The translations under genes and the position numbers were made by a program. Below, piece by piece: positions 27,737 to 52,898 of a DNA stretch of 64,000 bases; positions within the stretch are counted from its first letter, which is position 1, and every line of letters starts with the position of its first letter. Source of the stretch: the human T2T-CHM13v2.0 reference genome, Homo sapiens. A model generated the notes under the pieces. The model saw only the letters and a program-made list of their open reading frames with translations. It had not been told where the DNA came from and made no database searches. The stretch lies in NCBI RefSeq assembly GCF_009914755.1, contig NC_060934.1; one strand, 5' to 3'.

Positions 27737-27871
27737 TATAGTAAATTACAGTAGTGGATCTTCACTGAGGACTTATCACATGCCAGCCTGACCTATACAA
27801 TCTCACTTCGTTCTTACAACAACCCTAAGAGGCAGGCACTATTATTATTCCCATTTACAGAGGAGGTGATC
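27737..27871 (-). repeat. Left arm of inverted MIR-derived duplication (partner 30141-30276)
   Basis: Reverse complement is nearly identical to 30141-30276. Confidence 0.9.
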
Positions 27872-28501
27872 CCATTTCACAGATGAGGCCCTCCCACACC
27901 TAGATAACAGACTCTGGAGCCAGACTGCCCAAGTTCTAATTCGACCTCTTTCTAGCTGTGTGACCTCGGGCAAACTACTGAGTTCTGTGATTCACAAATA
28001 TTCCTCTTGCTCCAGGCTCCCATTCTTCCCCTTCTTCAGCTCCCTGGACAGGCTTTCAGCTGATGTTTAGCAGACCTTTGAGACCCGTAAATGACGCTTC
28101 CTCAGGGTCTTGACCCCTAGACAGCTCCTTGAATGTGGCTCTCAAGGCTACATTCTACGTAACTTCTCTGTGTCCCATTTCCTCAAGTGCAAAATGAGGT
28201 TAATACTAGTATGTACCTTGCAGGATTGTTGAGGACCGAGTTAGAATAGACTGCTTAGAACAATCCCTGGCATAAAGTCAGTACTATACAAGCAAGAGTT
28301 ACCATTTTATTATTATTTTGGCTCTGTGGACTCAGGATTCTCAAGTTTAGAGGAAAAGAGCTAACAGGTACCAAGTGGCCTCTGTGTGCTGAGGGTCTTA
28401 CAGATGGTATCTTAATGAAAAACAAACCAAATCCTCATGAGAAGGGATTGCCATGGCATCTCTTCCACAGATGAGGAGATGAAGGCTTCAGGTAGTTAAA
28501 G

Positions 28502-28789
<288 letters not shown>

Positions 28790-29399
28790 TAAAGTTTCTT
28801 ACCCAAGGTCTCCGCCAATAAGGGGAAGATCCAGGAATTGAACTCAGATTCATTTGCTTCTAAAGTCATGCCTTTTCTAAGACACAGTGCTATTTCTTTG
28901 ATGTGAGGATCAGGGTTTGGGATTTGGAATTTGGAATTCAAGGATGTGAGGTCCGAGAGTGCTCATGCTTTGCTTGTTCGTATTATCACAGCTGAAAGTG
29001 GTGTTAGTGTGAGTAACTTGTTTTCAGAGTGGTCCCAGTGTGTGACAGGGTGTTGAAACCTCACAGATTCAAGGCTCTGGCCTCACGGTCTAGTTTGGGG
29101 GTTACTGGGGGTGTGGCTTGGGAGTACTGGAGGACAGCAAGAGTCACCAAATTAATGACTCATCTGGGGCCAGGAAGTCCAAGGCCACCTGGAGATGAAT
29201 TATCTGATTAAGAAGCTGTGAGCAGGTGAATGGATGAAGGCAGAAGTTTTGTCATGTATTGCCCCATGTTTAAAGAGCTACCCCTGGGGCTAGGGCTCAT
29301 GGGGGACTGCGCCTTTCTCCGGTAGCACCCCAGCCCTTTATCAGAGTCTGCAGGGAGCTCAGAGCCTAGCTGGGGGGACGTGAGCACTGGGGGCTTCAC

Positions 29400-29767
29400 A
29401 AGGAAGCAGATTCTGAGATGGAGATTAATGTGCAGGGAACTCTGGAGATAAGAACCTGTGGAAGGGAGAGGAGGGAGTCAGGTTGGGCCAAGACCTGCCC
29501 TCTGGGTTACTCTGGAGCTGGAATGGCCCTTCAGCTTTTTCCCAAGTTGTGGCCAGAGGGCTCGGCTTTTATACTCTGACACTGATGGGTCAGGGATAAG
29601 GGTGGGCCCAGGAAGTTGGTGTAACCTTGGGCCAGGGAGCTTTCTTCCGCCGAAGCCATTCTCCTATGGGAGGTGACAGCTGAGGCCTGTGTGCTAGCAC
29701 TCCGAGCAACTGGTGACAAGTCCCACATTGAAGGGGATCTGAGTGGCACGTTGTAGTGTTCACCACA
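29400..29767 (-). mobile_element. LTR16-like ERVL LTR
   Basis: GGGGATCTGAGTGGCACGTTGTAGTGTTCACCACA resembles the reverse complement of the recalled LTR16 5' end. Confidence 0.65.
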
Positions 29768-29799
29768 GGCACCGACCCAAACTGGAGAGAGCAGAGCAT

Positions 29800-31010
29800 C
29801 AAAGAAGGTTTCAGTGTGAGACAATGCCTGGGCTGAGGTTAGAAGAATGAGTAGGGGTTACACAGGCCACAAAAAGTCAGGAGGGGAGACAGAGAGAAAA
29901 GGGAGTTTCTGGCAGAAAGACCAGTATGTACTAAAACCCAGAGGTAAAGATGGCACAGGAGAGGTGGATAGGTCTGCTGGGCTAAAGAATTTAAGTCGTT
30001 GTATTAAGGGGATGGGGAGCCCATAAAGGATTTTAGGACAATATATGACATAATTAAGATTTGCATTATGGAATAATCCTGGCACTGCCACTTACTTACT
30101 AGCTGTGTTGCTAACAACTTACTTAACCTCTCTGTGCCTTGATCGCCTCATCTATGAAATGGGAATAATAATAGTGCCTGCCTCTTAGGGTTGTTGCAAG
30201 AATGAAGTGAGATTGTATAGGTCAGGCTGGCATGTGAAAATGCCCTTAGTGAAGATTCGTTACTGTTATTCACTGTAACAGACTGGACTGGGGCTAGAGG
30301 AGACCACTGGAAGGCAGAGTTTGAAGCCTACTGCTGGGTACTGCAGAGAAAATGAAGGCCACAGCTAAGGCAGAAGCAGCACATGAGGCCAGTTGAAAAG
30401 CTCTCAAGAGGGAAAACTCACAAGACTTAGCTATTGCTTAGATGAAAGGGGTGATGAAAAGATGGCATTCACAATGACCCCCGGGTTTCCGGTTTGGGTG
30501 GCTGCCTCTGGGAATACACAAATAGATTTGGGGCAGGGAGATTTGGTGAGTTCATTGTAGATGAGTTGAGATTGAGATTCTTGAGGAACTTCCAGCAGGA
30601 GATGCAGATATTCCGAGCTGACCTCTGAGGTCTGAATGGAAAAAAGAAGTGCCAGTGTGGTCAAGGGAGCCCTGGGCCTGGATGAGGTCACCAGGGTGAG
30701 TGTGTGGGAAGGAGGGGGTGTGGGCTGCGGATGGAGCTGTGACAACACAGTCATTAAGGGGGCATGTGAGTGAAATAGAAGAGTCCCTAGAGAAGAGGAG
30801 ACCTGGAGCTGCTGTTGGCATGAAAGCCAAGGGAAGGAGGAGACCTGAGGAGGTGCCAGCCAGCACGGCTCAACGCTACAGAAAGCAAGAAAGAGAAAGG
30901 TGGCAGAGTCTGCCAAAGAGGGCAAGAGTTTCCTGGTAGCTGACTTTGAGATGAGCACTTCATCAAAGTAGTTGGTGGTAGGCAGGTTGTGACGGTTTGA
31001 AGAATGAAGC
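29800..31010 (-). mobile_element. L2 interrupted by a MIR (30080-30270, plus strand)
   Basis: GATGGGGAGCCCATAAAGGATTTTAGG and GTAGATGAGTTGAGATTGAGATTC are antisense L2 hallmarks. Confidence 0.75.
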
Positions 31011-32384
31011 TGAAGCTGAAGGTTGCCCATATCTGAATGGACAGACCTGTGGATAGAGAGATTCCCAGGGGTCCATGTTGCAAGCAGTCCAAATGCGGTC
31101 TTCCCAAATGACCTTTACTTGTGCTCCTTCTCTCACGTTTCTGGCCACAGGCTGCCTTTTATCTCTGTTCCTGCCCTATCTCCTCTACTGGTCTGTAAGC
31201 TCCTTCAAAGGAGGATCTTCATCTGCCTTTCCCCCGTGCCAGTGTAGAACTGGTGATCAGCAGTTGCTTGGGGAGTGAATGAATGATTTATGTTGAGACC
31301 ATGAAGCAAGTTCCCTGGTTTGCAGACTGGTCAGTCAGCAGAGAGGGAGTGAAACTATGTTCTGGAAGGAGACGTATGATAGGAAGATGGGTGGCTGAGA
31401 ATATGGGAAGGTGTGAATCAAGAAACTTAGGGAAAAATAAACACAGCTGACCTCTGAGCAGAAGTTCATAATCTTTTTAGATCCTGGCCCTCTTGGAGAT
31501 GCCATTGTAGATAATGGACACTTGCTCAGAAAACATCACCTTCTTACCCAGTCTGCATGTGGCTTTAGGAGTTTCACAGAACCCGCAAGACCCACCATGG
31601 ACCTGCCCAGTTGGTTCATGGATTCCAAGTCAAGAATGTGCTTTCAAACTTGGAGTGCCTACCAGTCCTCTGACCTTGGGTACATCACTTACCCCCACTG
31701 GGCCTCTGTTTCTTTATGTGTAAGATGAGGAATCATGAGGTTGAGGTGGAGGTGGAGAGCGTAAAGACACTAACAACTTTGCCAGTATCTGGTGCAGGTA
31801 TTTTAACTACCATAAAGATTCTACCCTGTTAGTGGGTAGAATTTATCTCCATTTTGAACATAGAGAAAGAGAGACTCAGTTCAAGAAACTTGACAAAATG
31901 TACACATGAGTAAGTAAAGGAGCCAGATTCCACCCAGATCTCTCTGACTCCTAATCCTGGCTCTTTCTTATTGACTGTGGGGCCTACCAGGCACAACATT
32001 TTCCATGTTTGTCTGCTCATCTTGACATGGTTAATGCACTGATGAACATGAAAACTATTTGGAAACTAGAAAGCAGTTATGCAAATAGAAGGTATCCCAT
32101 TGGTGTCATCACTATTGATCACTCTGTATCCTGAAGTCCCTTCTTTGGCATCTGTTACATTCCTTCCCCTAACCCCAGCCTGCTACTTCCTTGTTTCTGT
32201 CACCTGTTCCTCCTTCTCCTCCAATCTCCTGAGGGTGGGTTTTCTCTAAGTCTCCACCTCTTGCTTTCTGTTCTTTACTCTCTAAATCCCCTCTTCCTAC
32301 AACTTCAACCTTTGACCTCCAACCAGGTAACTCTCAAGTTTGTACTCTAGTCCAGAGCCTTATTTCAACCACCTGCTGGGAGTT

Positions 32385-35418
<3,034 letters not shown>

Positions 35419-35879
35419 ACATAAATGTTTTGCCTAAGCCTTTTGTTCCAAACCAAGCTCATCGCCTTGCCTCAAATAAGCTCTTCTACTGATTTCCCTC
35501 TTTCCAGAAATGGCCCTACCATTCAATTCCATGTCCATCGGTCAACTGTCTGAAGTTTTCCATTGAAAAATCAATCTACGGTTTACTTTAACACTCACAT
35601 CCAATCAGCTGCCAATCTAATAATACACTCCTGAAATATGTCTCCCCTCTGTCCCTTTCACTTTCTATTGCATATCTTCATCACTTCCCCCCTTGACCAG
35701 TAACATTGCCTTCTAACTGATCTCTCTGCCTCTGATCTTTCTACTGCAATCTGTTTTCCACACTCCAAGACTAATCTTTCAAGTCAACAATTTGCATTGT
35801 ACCTGTCTTCTGCTAAACAATCCACCACAGGGCTCCCACTTCCTACTGAATTAAGTCTAAACTCTTTACTCTGATTTTG

Positions 35880-36375
35880 CAGAACTTTCCAGTTGCCAAT
35901 TCAGTATCCATTCTCCTTTTCATCTTTGGTAATAGAACTCATATCTTATCTAAAGCAATATGCCCAGATTTTTAAGAACTTTATTTCTCAGCATCCCTTG
36001 CAGATAAGTGCCCATGTGGTTAAGTTCCAGCCAATAAAATATAAATATAAGTTGTTAGGTACCACTTTCTGGAGGATTCTTTAAAAGTTCCATAAAGAAG
36101 GTAGATAGTTGGATAGATTGCCTGTCTTTCCTTTCTTTTTCCTGCCTGCCTGGTGCGCTGGAGCTCCAGCTCCATCTTGGACTATGGGCCAGCCTTAAAG
36201 ATGGAAGCACTTGCTGAGGATCTACAGAGTCTGGGTTCCTGGTGACAGTAGAACTGCCACACGAATCCCAGATTGTCAAAGTCTGAACTTATTATACCAG
36301 AGAAACATAAACCCTTATGTGTCTAAGCTATTGTAATTTGACTGCTTGTAGTCAACTCTAATCCTGACTTATACA
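35880..36375 (+). mobile_element. MLT1J-like MaLR LTR
   Basis: CAGCATCCCTTGCAG...AAGTTCCAGCCAAT, GCTCCAGCTCCATCTTGGAC, ending CCTGACTTATACA. Confidence 0.7.
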
Positions 36376-37126
36376 CCTTATATCCAAAGCTCTAAATAGT
36401 AGCCCCAGCATACTTTCCAGCCTCTTCTCATTCTATCCCTTACAAATACACATGTAGCCAAACGTCACTATTTGTTTTCTAAGGAGACAACTTTTGCTTT
36501 TCTGTCTCTAAGTTTTTGCTCATCTCATGCCCATTCTCCATGTCTATCTATTGAAGTGCAACTCAGATGCCCCTTTCTCCAAGAATCCTTCCTTGATTCT
36601 TCTACTCAAATGTGATTTCTCCTCTTTCTGAGCTCAGAGTATTTTGATTGTATCCTTCTTGGCACTTAGAGTCTGTCAGAATTATCATTACTTTGCTGCC
36701 TATTCAGCTAGATTTTCAGTTCTCCTTATGGTGCCAAGCACAGGGTTAGTGTTCTATAACGATTTGATGCAGTAATGCATGAATAAATAAAGGAATGAAT
36801 GAATAAAAACAGAAAGTGAACATTCTTTTGCCCCTCATCCTGTGTACCCATTCATCTTAACCCCTCTAAAGAGACAGGTGGAAAAGGTTCCCACAATTGA
36901 TTAAAGAGAAAAGAGAAGCAGTAAGCACAAAGTAAGTCACGGGGACACCTCTGTCTGCAATGGACAAGGCTGAAAAAAAATTATTACAGTTGGCCCAGCC
37001 TGCCTTTTAAGAGCAACAACTAATATTTACTAAGCACTTGCCATGTGCTGACACCATGCAAAGTGATTTAAATGCACTATTTCATTTAATTTAATCCACC
37101 AACAATCTATGAAATTGGACTAATCG

Positions 37127-37437
37127 GGCCATGCACGGTGGCTCATGCCTGTAATCCCAGCACTTTGGGCAGCTGAGGCAGGCAGATCACGAGGTCAAGA
37201 GATCGAGACCATCCTGGCCAACATGGTGAAACCCCATCTCTACTAAAAATACACAAATTAGCCAGGTGTGGTGGTGCATGCCTGTAGTCCCAGCTACTCA
37301 GGAGGCTGAGGCAGGAGAATCACTTGAACCCGGGAGGCGGAGGTTTCAGAGAGCCGAGATCGTGCTTCTGCACTCTAGCCTGGCGACAGAGTGAGAATCC
37401 GTCTAAAAAAAAAAAAAAAGAAAAAGAAAAACATAAA
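37127..37437 (+). mobile_element. AluSc in a MIR, with a 15-bp TSD
   Basis: GAAATTGGACTAATC at 37111-37125 and 37438-37452. GATCACGAGGTCAAGAGATCGAG is the Sc-type signature. Confidence 0.95.
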
Positions 37438-39486
37438 GAAATTGGACTAATCTCTCCCATATTTTGTAAGTTAGGAGACTGAAGTTCAGAGGGATTAACT
37501 AACTTATTCAGGGTCACAGAGCTTGAAAGTGTCAGAGCTGGAATTGGGACTCAGTCCTGTCTGATTGAAGCCATGCTCTTAATTGTGATCGAGTGTCAAG
37601 CTATATGAGACACAGCTGTCTGTCCCACTGAGTAGTGAGGTCCTGGCTTACAGGAGCCATGACCTGTTTATTTCTGCTCACCCTGCAGAGCCTACACAGT
37701 GCCTGCTATGTCCTGAAGGATCAGCAGAATGATTGGCATGAAAATGATCAAAAAGAGGTTTCCATCCTGGGAAGATGGAGTAGACATACTTTCTCTAGTC
37801 TTTCCACTAAGTACCACTAAAAACCCTGGACAATATGTATAAAGCAAACACAAGAAGACTCTGAAACATGTAGAGAAGAAGGCAGACCAGCCAGAGACCC
37901 TGGAATCTAAGGAACAACATGGTGGTGAGTTTCCTGGATTTTGTTTTTGCCTCACCTCATGTATCCCAGACTTGGAGCAAAATAAGCCAGCAACCTGGAA
38001 ATGCTGAGTACAGACCCCACCCCACCCCTGCAAAATAAAAGCCTCAACAAAAAGCCTTCTCTCTGTAGTCAAAGGGCTAGAAAGTGGGTAGCCCAGAGAG
38101 AGTATTTTTAGACAATAACCACTCTACTCCAGTCAAACACCACAGAAAAACCTGTAGCCCCATCCCCATTCAGGCCAGCAAAGGCTGAGTGATTAAGTGG
38201 TGAGCCTTAACTTCTGCCCTCACCAGGCTGTAGTAAGGCATGCCAGCTCCCTGCAGGGTATTCAGGGAAGGCCAAGTAGAGAGCCTGGATGTTCATCTCT
38301 GCTTGTGGGAACAAAAGTCAGTGGAGACCATGTGAGAAGCCTGTACTCTACCCCACCCAGCAGTGATGAGGCACCCCTTCCTCTACATCACCGAGGAGGC
38401 CTAGTAGAGTCAGGAATTTACACACACACCCTTGGTGTCGATGGAGGCCATATGGGTAGCAGTAACAAGGCACTGCTATCCCTCGCAGCTAGGGAGGTAT
38501 CAGTGGAGACATTGGTTGGGAGCTGGAACTCCTACCTCTGACCAGCAGCAACAAGAAGAGAGGCCAAATGGGAAATCTGAACTTCTACCCTACTGTGATC
38601 AGCCCCCTCACCTGCTAGAGCGATGTCAGAGGAACTCAGCTAAAAAAGAAAGTTTAAATAAGATCAAGAGTCTCATAACATACCCAAAACATCCAAGTTT
38701 CAATTAAAAATCACTCATCATACCAAGAACCAGGAAGATCTCAAAATGAATGGAAAAAGACAATCAATAGATGCCAAAGATGTTAGAATTATCTGACAAA
38801 CATTTTAAAACAATCACCACAAAAATGCTTATAAAACAATTATGAACACCTTTCAAACAAATGAAAAAAGAGTCTCATCAAATAAACAGAATATATAAAG
38901 GATAAACTAGAAAAATTAAATTGAAAAATATAATAACAGAAGTAAAAACTTTGATGGATGGACTCAAAAGCAGAATGAAAAGGAAAGAAGAAAGAACCAG
39001 AAAACAGGAAAATGGAACAATATAAATTACCATATCTGGACAACAGAGAGAAAATACACTGAAAATAGACTGCAGGACTATGATAAAAGATCTAACAGTT
39101 GTGTCATTGGAGTTTCAGAAGAAATGAGAAAGAGAGCAGGGCTGAAAAAGGACTCAAAGAAAGAATGGCAAAATTTCCCCAAATTTGGCAAAAGGTATGA
39201 ATCAATAGATTCAAGAAGTTTTGTGAACCCCAAACAAGACAAATGCAAATCTGTCCTAAGACCATCTTGTCCAACTTCTGACAATGAAGGTGCAGAAAAA
39301 TATCTTGAAAGCAGCTAAAATGAAATGACACCTTACCTACAGGAAAAAGACAATTTTAACGATAGTGGATTTCTCATCAGAAACCATAGAGGCCAGAAGA
39401 ACACAGTGGTGACACATTTTTCTGAAATAAAAGAACTGTCAGCCTAAAATATTCAGCAAAAATATCTTTCAGAAATGAAGGGGATA

Positions 39487-40110
39487 GAGCCACTTTGAAA
39501 GATAGTTTGGCAGTTTCTTACAAAATTGAACACACCAATACCATACAATCCAGCAATCACATTCCTTGCTGTGTACCCAAAGGAGTTGAAATACACAAAA
39601 ACCTATATCAAATGTTTATGGCAGTTTTATTCATAGTTGACAAAACTTGGAAGTAAACAAGATGTACTTCAGTAGGTGAATGGATAACCTGTGGTACATC
39701 TAGACAATGAAATATTATTCAGCACTAAAAAGAAATAATTGATCAAGCTATGAAAAGATATGAAGAAAACTTAAATGCATATTACTAAGTGAAAGAAGTC
39801 AGTTTGAAAAGTCTACATACTATGAAATTTCAACTATATGACATTCTGGAAAAGGAAAGTCTGTGGAGAGAGTAAAAAGATCACTGGTTGCCAAGGGTTT
39901 GGGGGAGGGAGGGATAAATAGGCAGACCACAGAGGATTTTGAGGGCAGTGAAAATACTCTATATGATACTATAATGGTAGATACATGTCATTATATATTT
40001 CTTCAAGCCCATAGAATGCACAATACTAAGACTGAACCCTAATGTAAATGATGGACTTTGGGTGATAATGACGAATCCATGTAGGTTCATTTATTAGAAA
40101 GAAAAAAAGG
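39487..40110 (+). mobile_element. L1MC-type 3' fragment inserted into ORF1 of the L1MD
   Basis: 3' UTR sequence (CACAGAGGATTTTGAGGGCAGTGAAA...GAACCCTAATGTAAA) flanked by GAAATGAAGGGGA and GAAATAAGGGGA. Confidence 0.75.
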
Positions 40111-42497
40111 GAAATAAGGGGAAAATGAAGACATTCTCAGATGAAGGAAAACTAAGAGAATGCATTACCAGCAGATTCACCCTAAATAATGGCTAAAGGA
40201 AGTTTTCTAAATAGAAAGGAAATGATTAGAAAAAATATTGGAACGTCAGGAAGGAAGAAAGAACACAGCAAGCTAAAACTGGATAAATACAATAAACTTT
40301 CCTTCTCCTCTTAAATTTTCTAAATTGTGTTTGACTATTGAAGCAAAAATTATAACACTATCTGATGTATGTAGGGGCAATATGTAAGTCAATTATAAAT
40401 AGATGAGGATAAAGGGATGTAAAGGGAGATAAAGTTTCTACAGTTCACTTGAACTGGTAAAATTATAATGACCAATAGACTGTGATAAGCTACATATATA
40501 TATATATATATATATGTTACAAAAGCTATATGAAGTGATACACTCAAAAACAATACAGAAAAATAAAAGTAGAATTCTAAAATATGTTCAAGTTACCCCA
40601 GAAAGGCAGGAAAAAGAAAACAAATAAAAAACAGAAATAACAGCAAACAAAAAATAAAGTGGCAGACTTAGGCCCTAACATTGATAATTACATTAAATAT
40701 AAATGGCCTATGTACATAAACTAAAAAACATAGCTTGGCAGAATTGATTGGTATTTATGATCCAACTATATGCTGCCTATAAGAAACTCACTTCAAGTAT
40801 AACTATATAAGCAGACTGAAAGAAAAAGGGTGGAAAAAGATATATCATACAAATGTGAATCAAAATAGGAATGGCTACATTAATATCAGATAAGGTCTAC
40901 CTTAGAGCAAAGAAAATTATCTCAGATGGAGAGGGACGTGATGTAATTATAACAGTGTCAATCCATCAAGAAGACATAACAATCCTAAATGTCTATGCAC
41001 CAAGCAACAGAGTTGCAAAATATGTGAAGCAAAACCTGATAGAACTGAAGGAAGAAACAGACAAATACATAGTTGAGGACTTCAACACACCCTCAACAAT
41101 TGATAGAACTAAATAGATAGAAAACCAAAATAACTCAACAATACCATCAACTATTAGGGTCTCATTGACATTTATAAAGCACTCCATTCAACAACAGCAA
41201 AATACACATTTTTTCCAAGTGCCCATAGGACATATGCCAAGATAGAGCATATGCTGAGCCATTAAACAAACTCAGCAAATTTAAAAGAATTGAAATCATA
41301 TAGAGTGTGTTCTTTGACCACAAATGGAATTTTTAAAAAATTGAATTGATAATAGAAAGATTGCAAGAAAATCTTCAAACACTTGGAAACAAAACAACAC
41401 ACTTGTAAATAATCCATGGGTCAAAGAGGTAGTCACAAAGATACACCAAACTGAACAAAAATGATAATACAACATCTTAAAATTTGTGAGTCATAGCTAA
41501 AGCAGTGGTGACAGGAAAATTTATAGCACCAAATTTATGCATTAGAAAAGAAGAAAATTTCAAATCAACCATCTAAGCTTCTACTTCATGAATCTAGAAA
41601 AAGAAGAGCAAAGGAAATCCAAAGCAAGTGGAGGAAGGAAACAATAAAGAAAAGAGCAAAAGCCAACAAAACTAGAAATGTGAAAATGATAGAGAAAATC
41701 AGTGAAACAAAGAGCTAGTTCTTTGGAAGATCAATAAAACTAATAATCCTCTAGCAAGACTGACAAAGAAATAAAGAATGAAGACACAAATTACCCATAT
41801 CGAGAATAAAACAAGAGATATCACTACAGACCCTGCAGACATCAAATGGATAATGGAATACTATGAAAAACTACACATATAAATATTGACAATTTAGATG
41901 AACTGGACAAATTTCTTTAAAAATACAAACTACCCCAACTCCCCCAACAGGAAATAGATAATTTGAATAGCCCTCTATTAAGGAAATTGAATTCATAATT
42001 TAAAAACTCCCCAAAAAGGAAATCTTCAGGCCTATATGGTTTTACTGGAGAATTCTAACAAATGTTTAAAGAAGAAGGAACAACATTATGTAATCTCTTC
42101 CAGAAAATAGAAGAAGAGGGAACACTTTCCAATTAATTTTATGAAACTAATATTACCCATCATCAAAGATGGTATGAAAAAAAGAAAAAAAAGAAAATTA
42201 CAGACCAATATTCTTCAAGAAAATAAATGTAGAAACACTCAAGAAAATACTAGCAAATAGAACCCAGCAATATATAATAAAAATTAGATACCATGAGTAG
42301 TTGGAGTTTATTCCAAGGATGAAAGGCTGATCCAATATTCAAAAATCAACTAATGTACTTTACCCTATTAACAGACTAAAGAAGAAGAATCACATAATCA
42401 TATCAGTTGATGCAGAAAAAGCATTTGACAAAATCAAATTGGAATATCTAAACCGGTGCCATAATACAAGAAAAGGAAATAAAAAGCATACAGATCA

Positions 42498-46029
<3,532 letters not shown>

Positions 46030-46464
46030 GGTTACGTATTGTATGGCTTCATTTATGTGATATTCTTGAAATGACAAAATTATAAAAATGGAGAACAGAT
46101 TAGTGGTTGCCAGTGGCTACGAAGGGAGTGAGGGCTAGGCAGAAGAAGGTGTGGCTACAAAATGGCAACAGAAATGATCCCAGTGGTGATCGAAATGTTC
46201 TGTACTTTGGCTGTTATTGATGTCAATGTCCTGCTTGTGATACTGTGCTCCAGTTTTGTAAGATGTTACCATTAGGCAGGTGAAACTGTGCAAAGGGTAT
46301 TGTTTTATTTCCTGCAACTGCACATGAATCTAAAATTGCCTCAAAATAGAAAGATTAATTTTAAGAAACAATAAAAGAAAATTAGTACAACTTGTTTTGC
46401 ACAAGTTCTTCATAGACCTCACCCTGAGAGATGGAGCACAGCTGAAATAGTATATCAAGAATCA

Positions 46465-47245
<781 letters not shown>

Positions 47246-47504
47246 GAGGCGGGTGGGGGGTTCTGAAATTAAGGGGGCCATTGGACAAAGCTAGAAGGCA
47301 AGTCTTCAGTTTTTATGCTGCAGGAAGATTTGAAAGGAGCTGTGGGATAGATGTGAGGGAGAGCAGAGCCGGTTTAGAGACCAGCCCATCCAGGAATCCT
47401 CTACAGCCATTGCTCTAGTTAGGCATCCCCTCCCCTCTGTCCCATTAACCTCCATTATAATCCAGTAAGATCAATAACTTTCTTATCAGTTTCCCTCTCT
47501 AAAC

Positions 47505-48890
<1,386 letters not shown>

Positions 48891-49004
48891 TTTAAAAGTT
48901 CTATTTTAATAATATCAATAATAATAACTAAAACTTATTGAGTGCTTTGTCTGTGCCAGGCACCATACTAAATGCTTCTATATGTATCTTTAAATAAAAA
49001 AAAA

Positions 49005-49585
<581 letters not shown>

Positions 49586-50483
49586 GCTTCTATATATATC
49601 TAAATTAATCATTACCTGAAGAGAGTAGGATCATCCTATTTTATAGATAAGGAAACTGAAGCTTAATGAAGTTCCATAACTTTCCCAAGGTCTCATAGCT
49701 ACTAGATGGTAGAGGCTAGTTTCTTCTGGCTGATTCCAAAATCTATGCTTTTGTGTGCTACACTATATTGTTTACAATATTTATTTTGTCAATGAACAAC
49801 CAACACAAGCAAGTATGCAGAGGATAGGTAAGGGCTTGGATGTTGGAAAACATTTTCCTACCGTCAGAAAAGTGTTCCTCGAAAACCAACTGGCTCATTC
49901 TTAGCAGTTTCCTGAGGTGAGAGGATATTCCTAGAGGGGTTTGGGGTGTTTGGGGAAGCTTACACTCTGCTGGGACATGTCGGTCCTTGTCTTCTATATC
50001 GATTCCAGACATCTGGTTACAATCACCAGTGGCCTCCCTTTAGTTCAGTCCTAGCTTCTTTTATTTCAACTGAATCTGGTTGGAATTTTTTAATCTTAAT
50101 TACAAAATTAAAGGAGAACGACAAAGCTACACTTTCAGTGCCTGGACTCATAACCCCAACATACTAACAGCTGAATCACCAACCAGCTTGATTGCCAAGG
50201 CTTATGGGCCAGCCTTCCATTTCAATCTCTCACCTCAACCCTGAGCGAATCAAGCATGGCAGATTCGGGCTGGCACCATGGCTGGGCTTGGGGAGCTCCT
50301 GTTCTTTTTCCCCAGACCTCCTTCTTAGCTGTATGCCACCCCCACCTCCGTGTATCTGTCCTCCGGGCAGCTGCGCACCCCTCCACCTCAGAGCTGCCAA
50401 GCCCCCGAGCCTGTGTCTCCTGGTGAGGAAGCAGAGACAAGGTATCAGCAGGCTTAGCCTCCTGGTTCACTCTTTATCCTTAG

Positions 50484-51086
<603 letters not shown>

Positions 51087-51894
51087 CCGGGCTACTTTTA
51101 ACTATCCTCTGGATCACAGCTCAGATGTCACCTCTTCTAGGAAGCTCCCCCAATCCCTCACTTGTGTTGAGTGCCTTTTCTCTGTGTTGGGTGCCTTTTA
51201 GCTCTTAAAACTCTAGACTGAAATTAACTCATTACTTGTATGCCTCCCCACTCTGGACTGTGAGCCCTGAAAACCTATGTATGAACCCTTGTTCACCAAT
51301 GTGTTCCCAGTACCTAATAGGGTTTATCATGTAGTAGGTGCTCAATAAATGTTTATTTAATGTATTAATTAATCAATGATTAAACCTCTTCTCATTTGAA
51401 AGTCTAAGTTACTACCCATCATATTTTGTCTGCTATATATAGTTCTGTCTCCCTGGTCATGTGTAGAGCAGAATGACTCATATCCCCTGACTGTCATGAA
51501 TGAACAAGTGCAGCTCACCCAGCCACCCACCTCTTCAGTTCTCCTAATGGATGTGTTCTTCACGGGGTCCTAGAAACCTTATGGCTTCCTATTTCTATAG
51601 ATTTTCCAACAGCGAAAATACTCCATATAAATGATACATACGTCGGAGTAGACTGAGTTATGTGGCTGTCACAACCCCCATTCTCAGCAGTTTAAGGTAA
51701 GGAAGGTTTTTTTCTTCCACTGTGTGCATCCTGGCTAGGCTGCTTTGCATTGTCACCAACCAGGGACCCAGGCATTGCTCTAAGAAGTCCTGCGGTTTAT
51801 AAAAGTTAAAATCCTGTTTACATCTGTTTAGGCTTCTGTTTCCCAGATTATGTGACCACAGAACGCTTTTCTCATATAATACCTATTTACATCC

Positions 51895-52898
<1,004 letters not shown>

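Noticed and set aside
30431-31030. 199-aa minus-strand ORF (also the 212-aa ORF at 15176-15814)
   Set aside because: They lie in decayed L2/Alu sequence with low-complexity Ser/Leu/Pro composition.
40871-41116. ORF with endonuclease motifs
   Set aside because: A fragment of a dead L1 ORF2 surrounded by stops and frameshifts.
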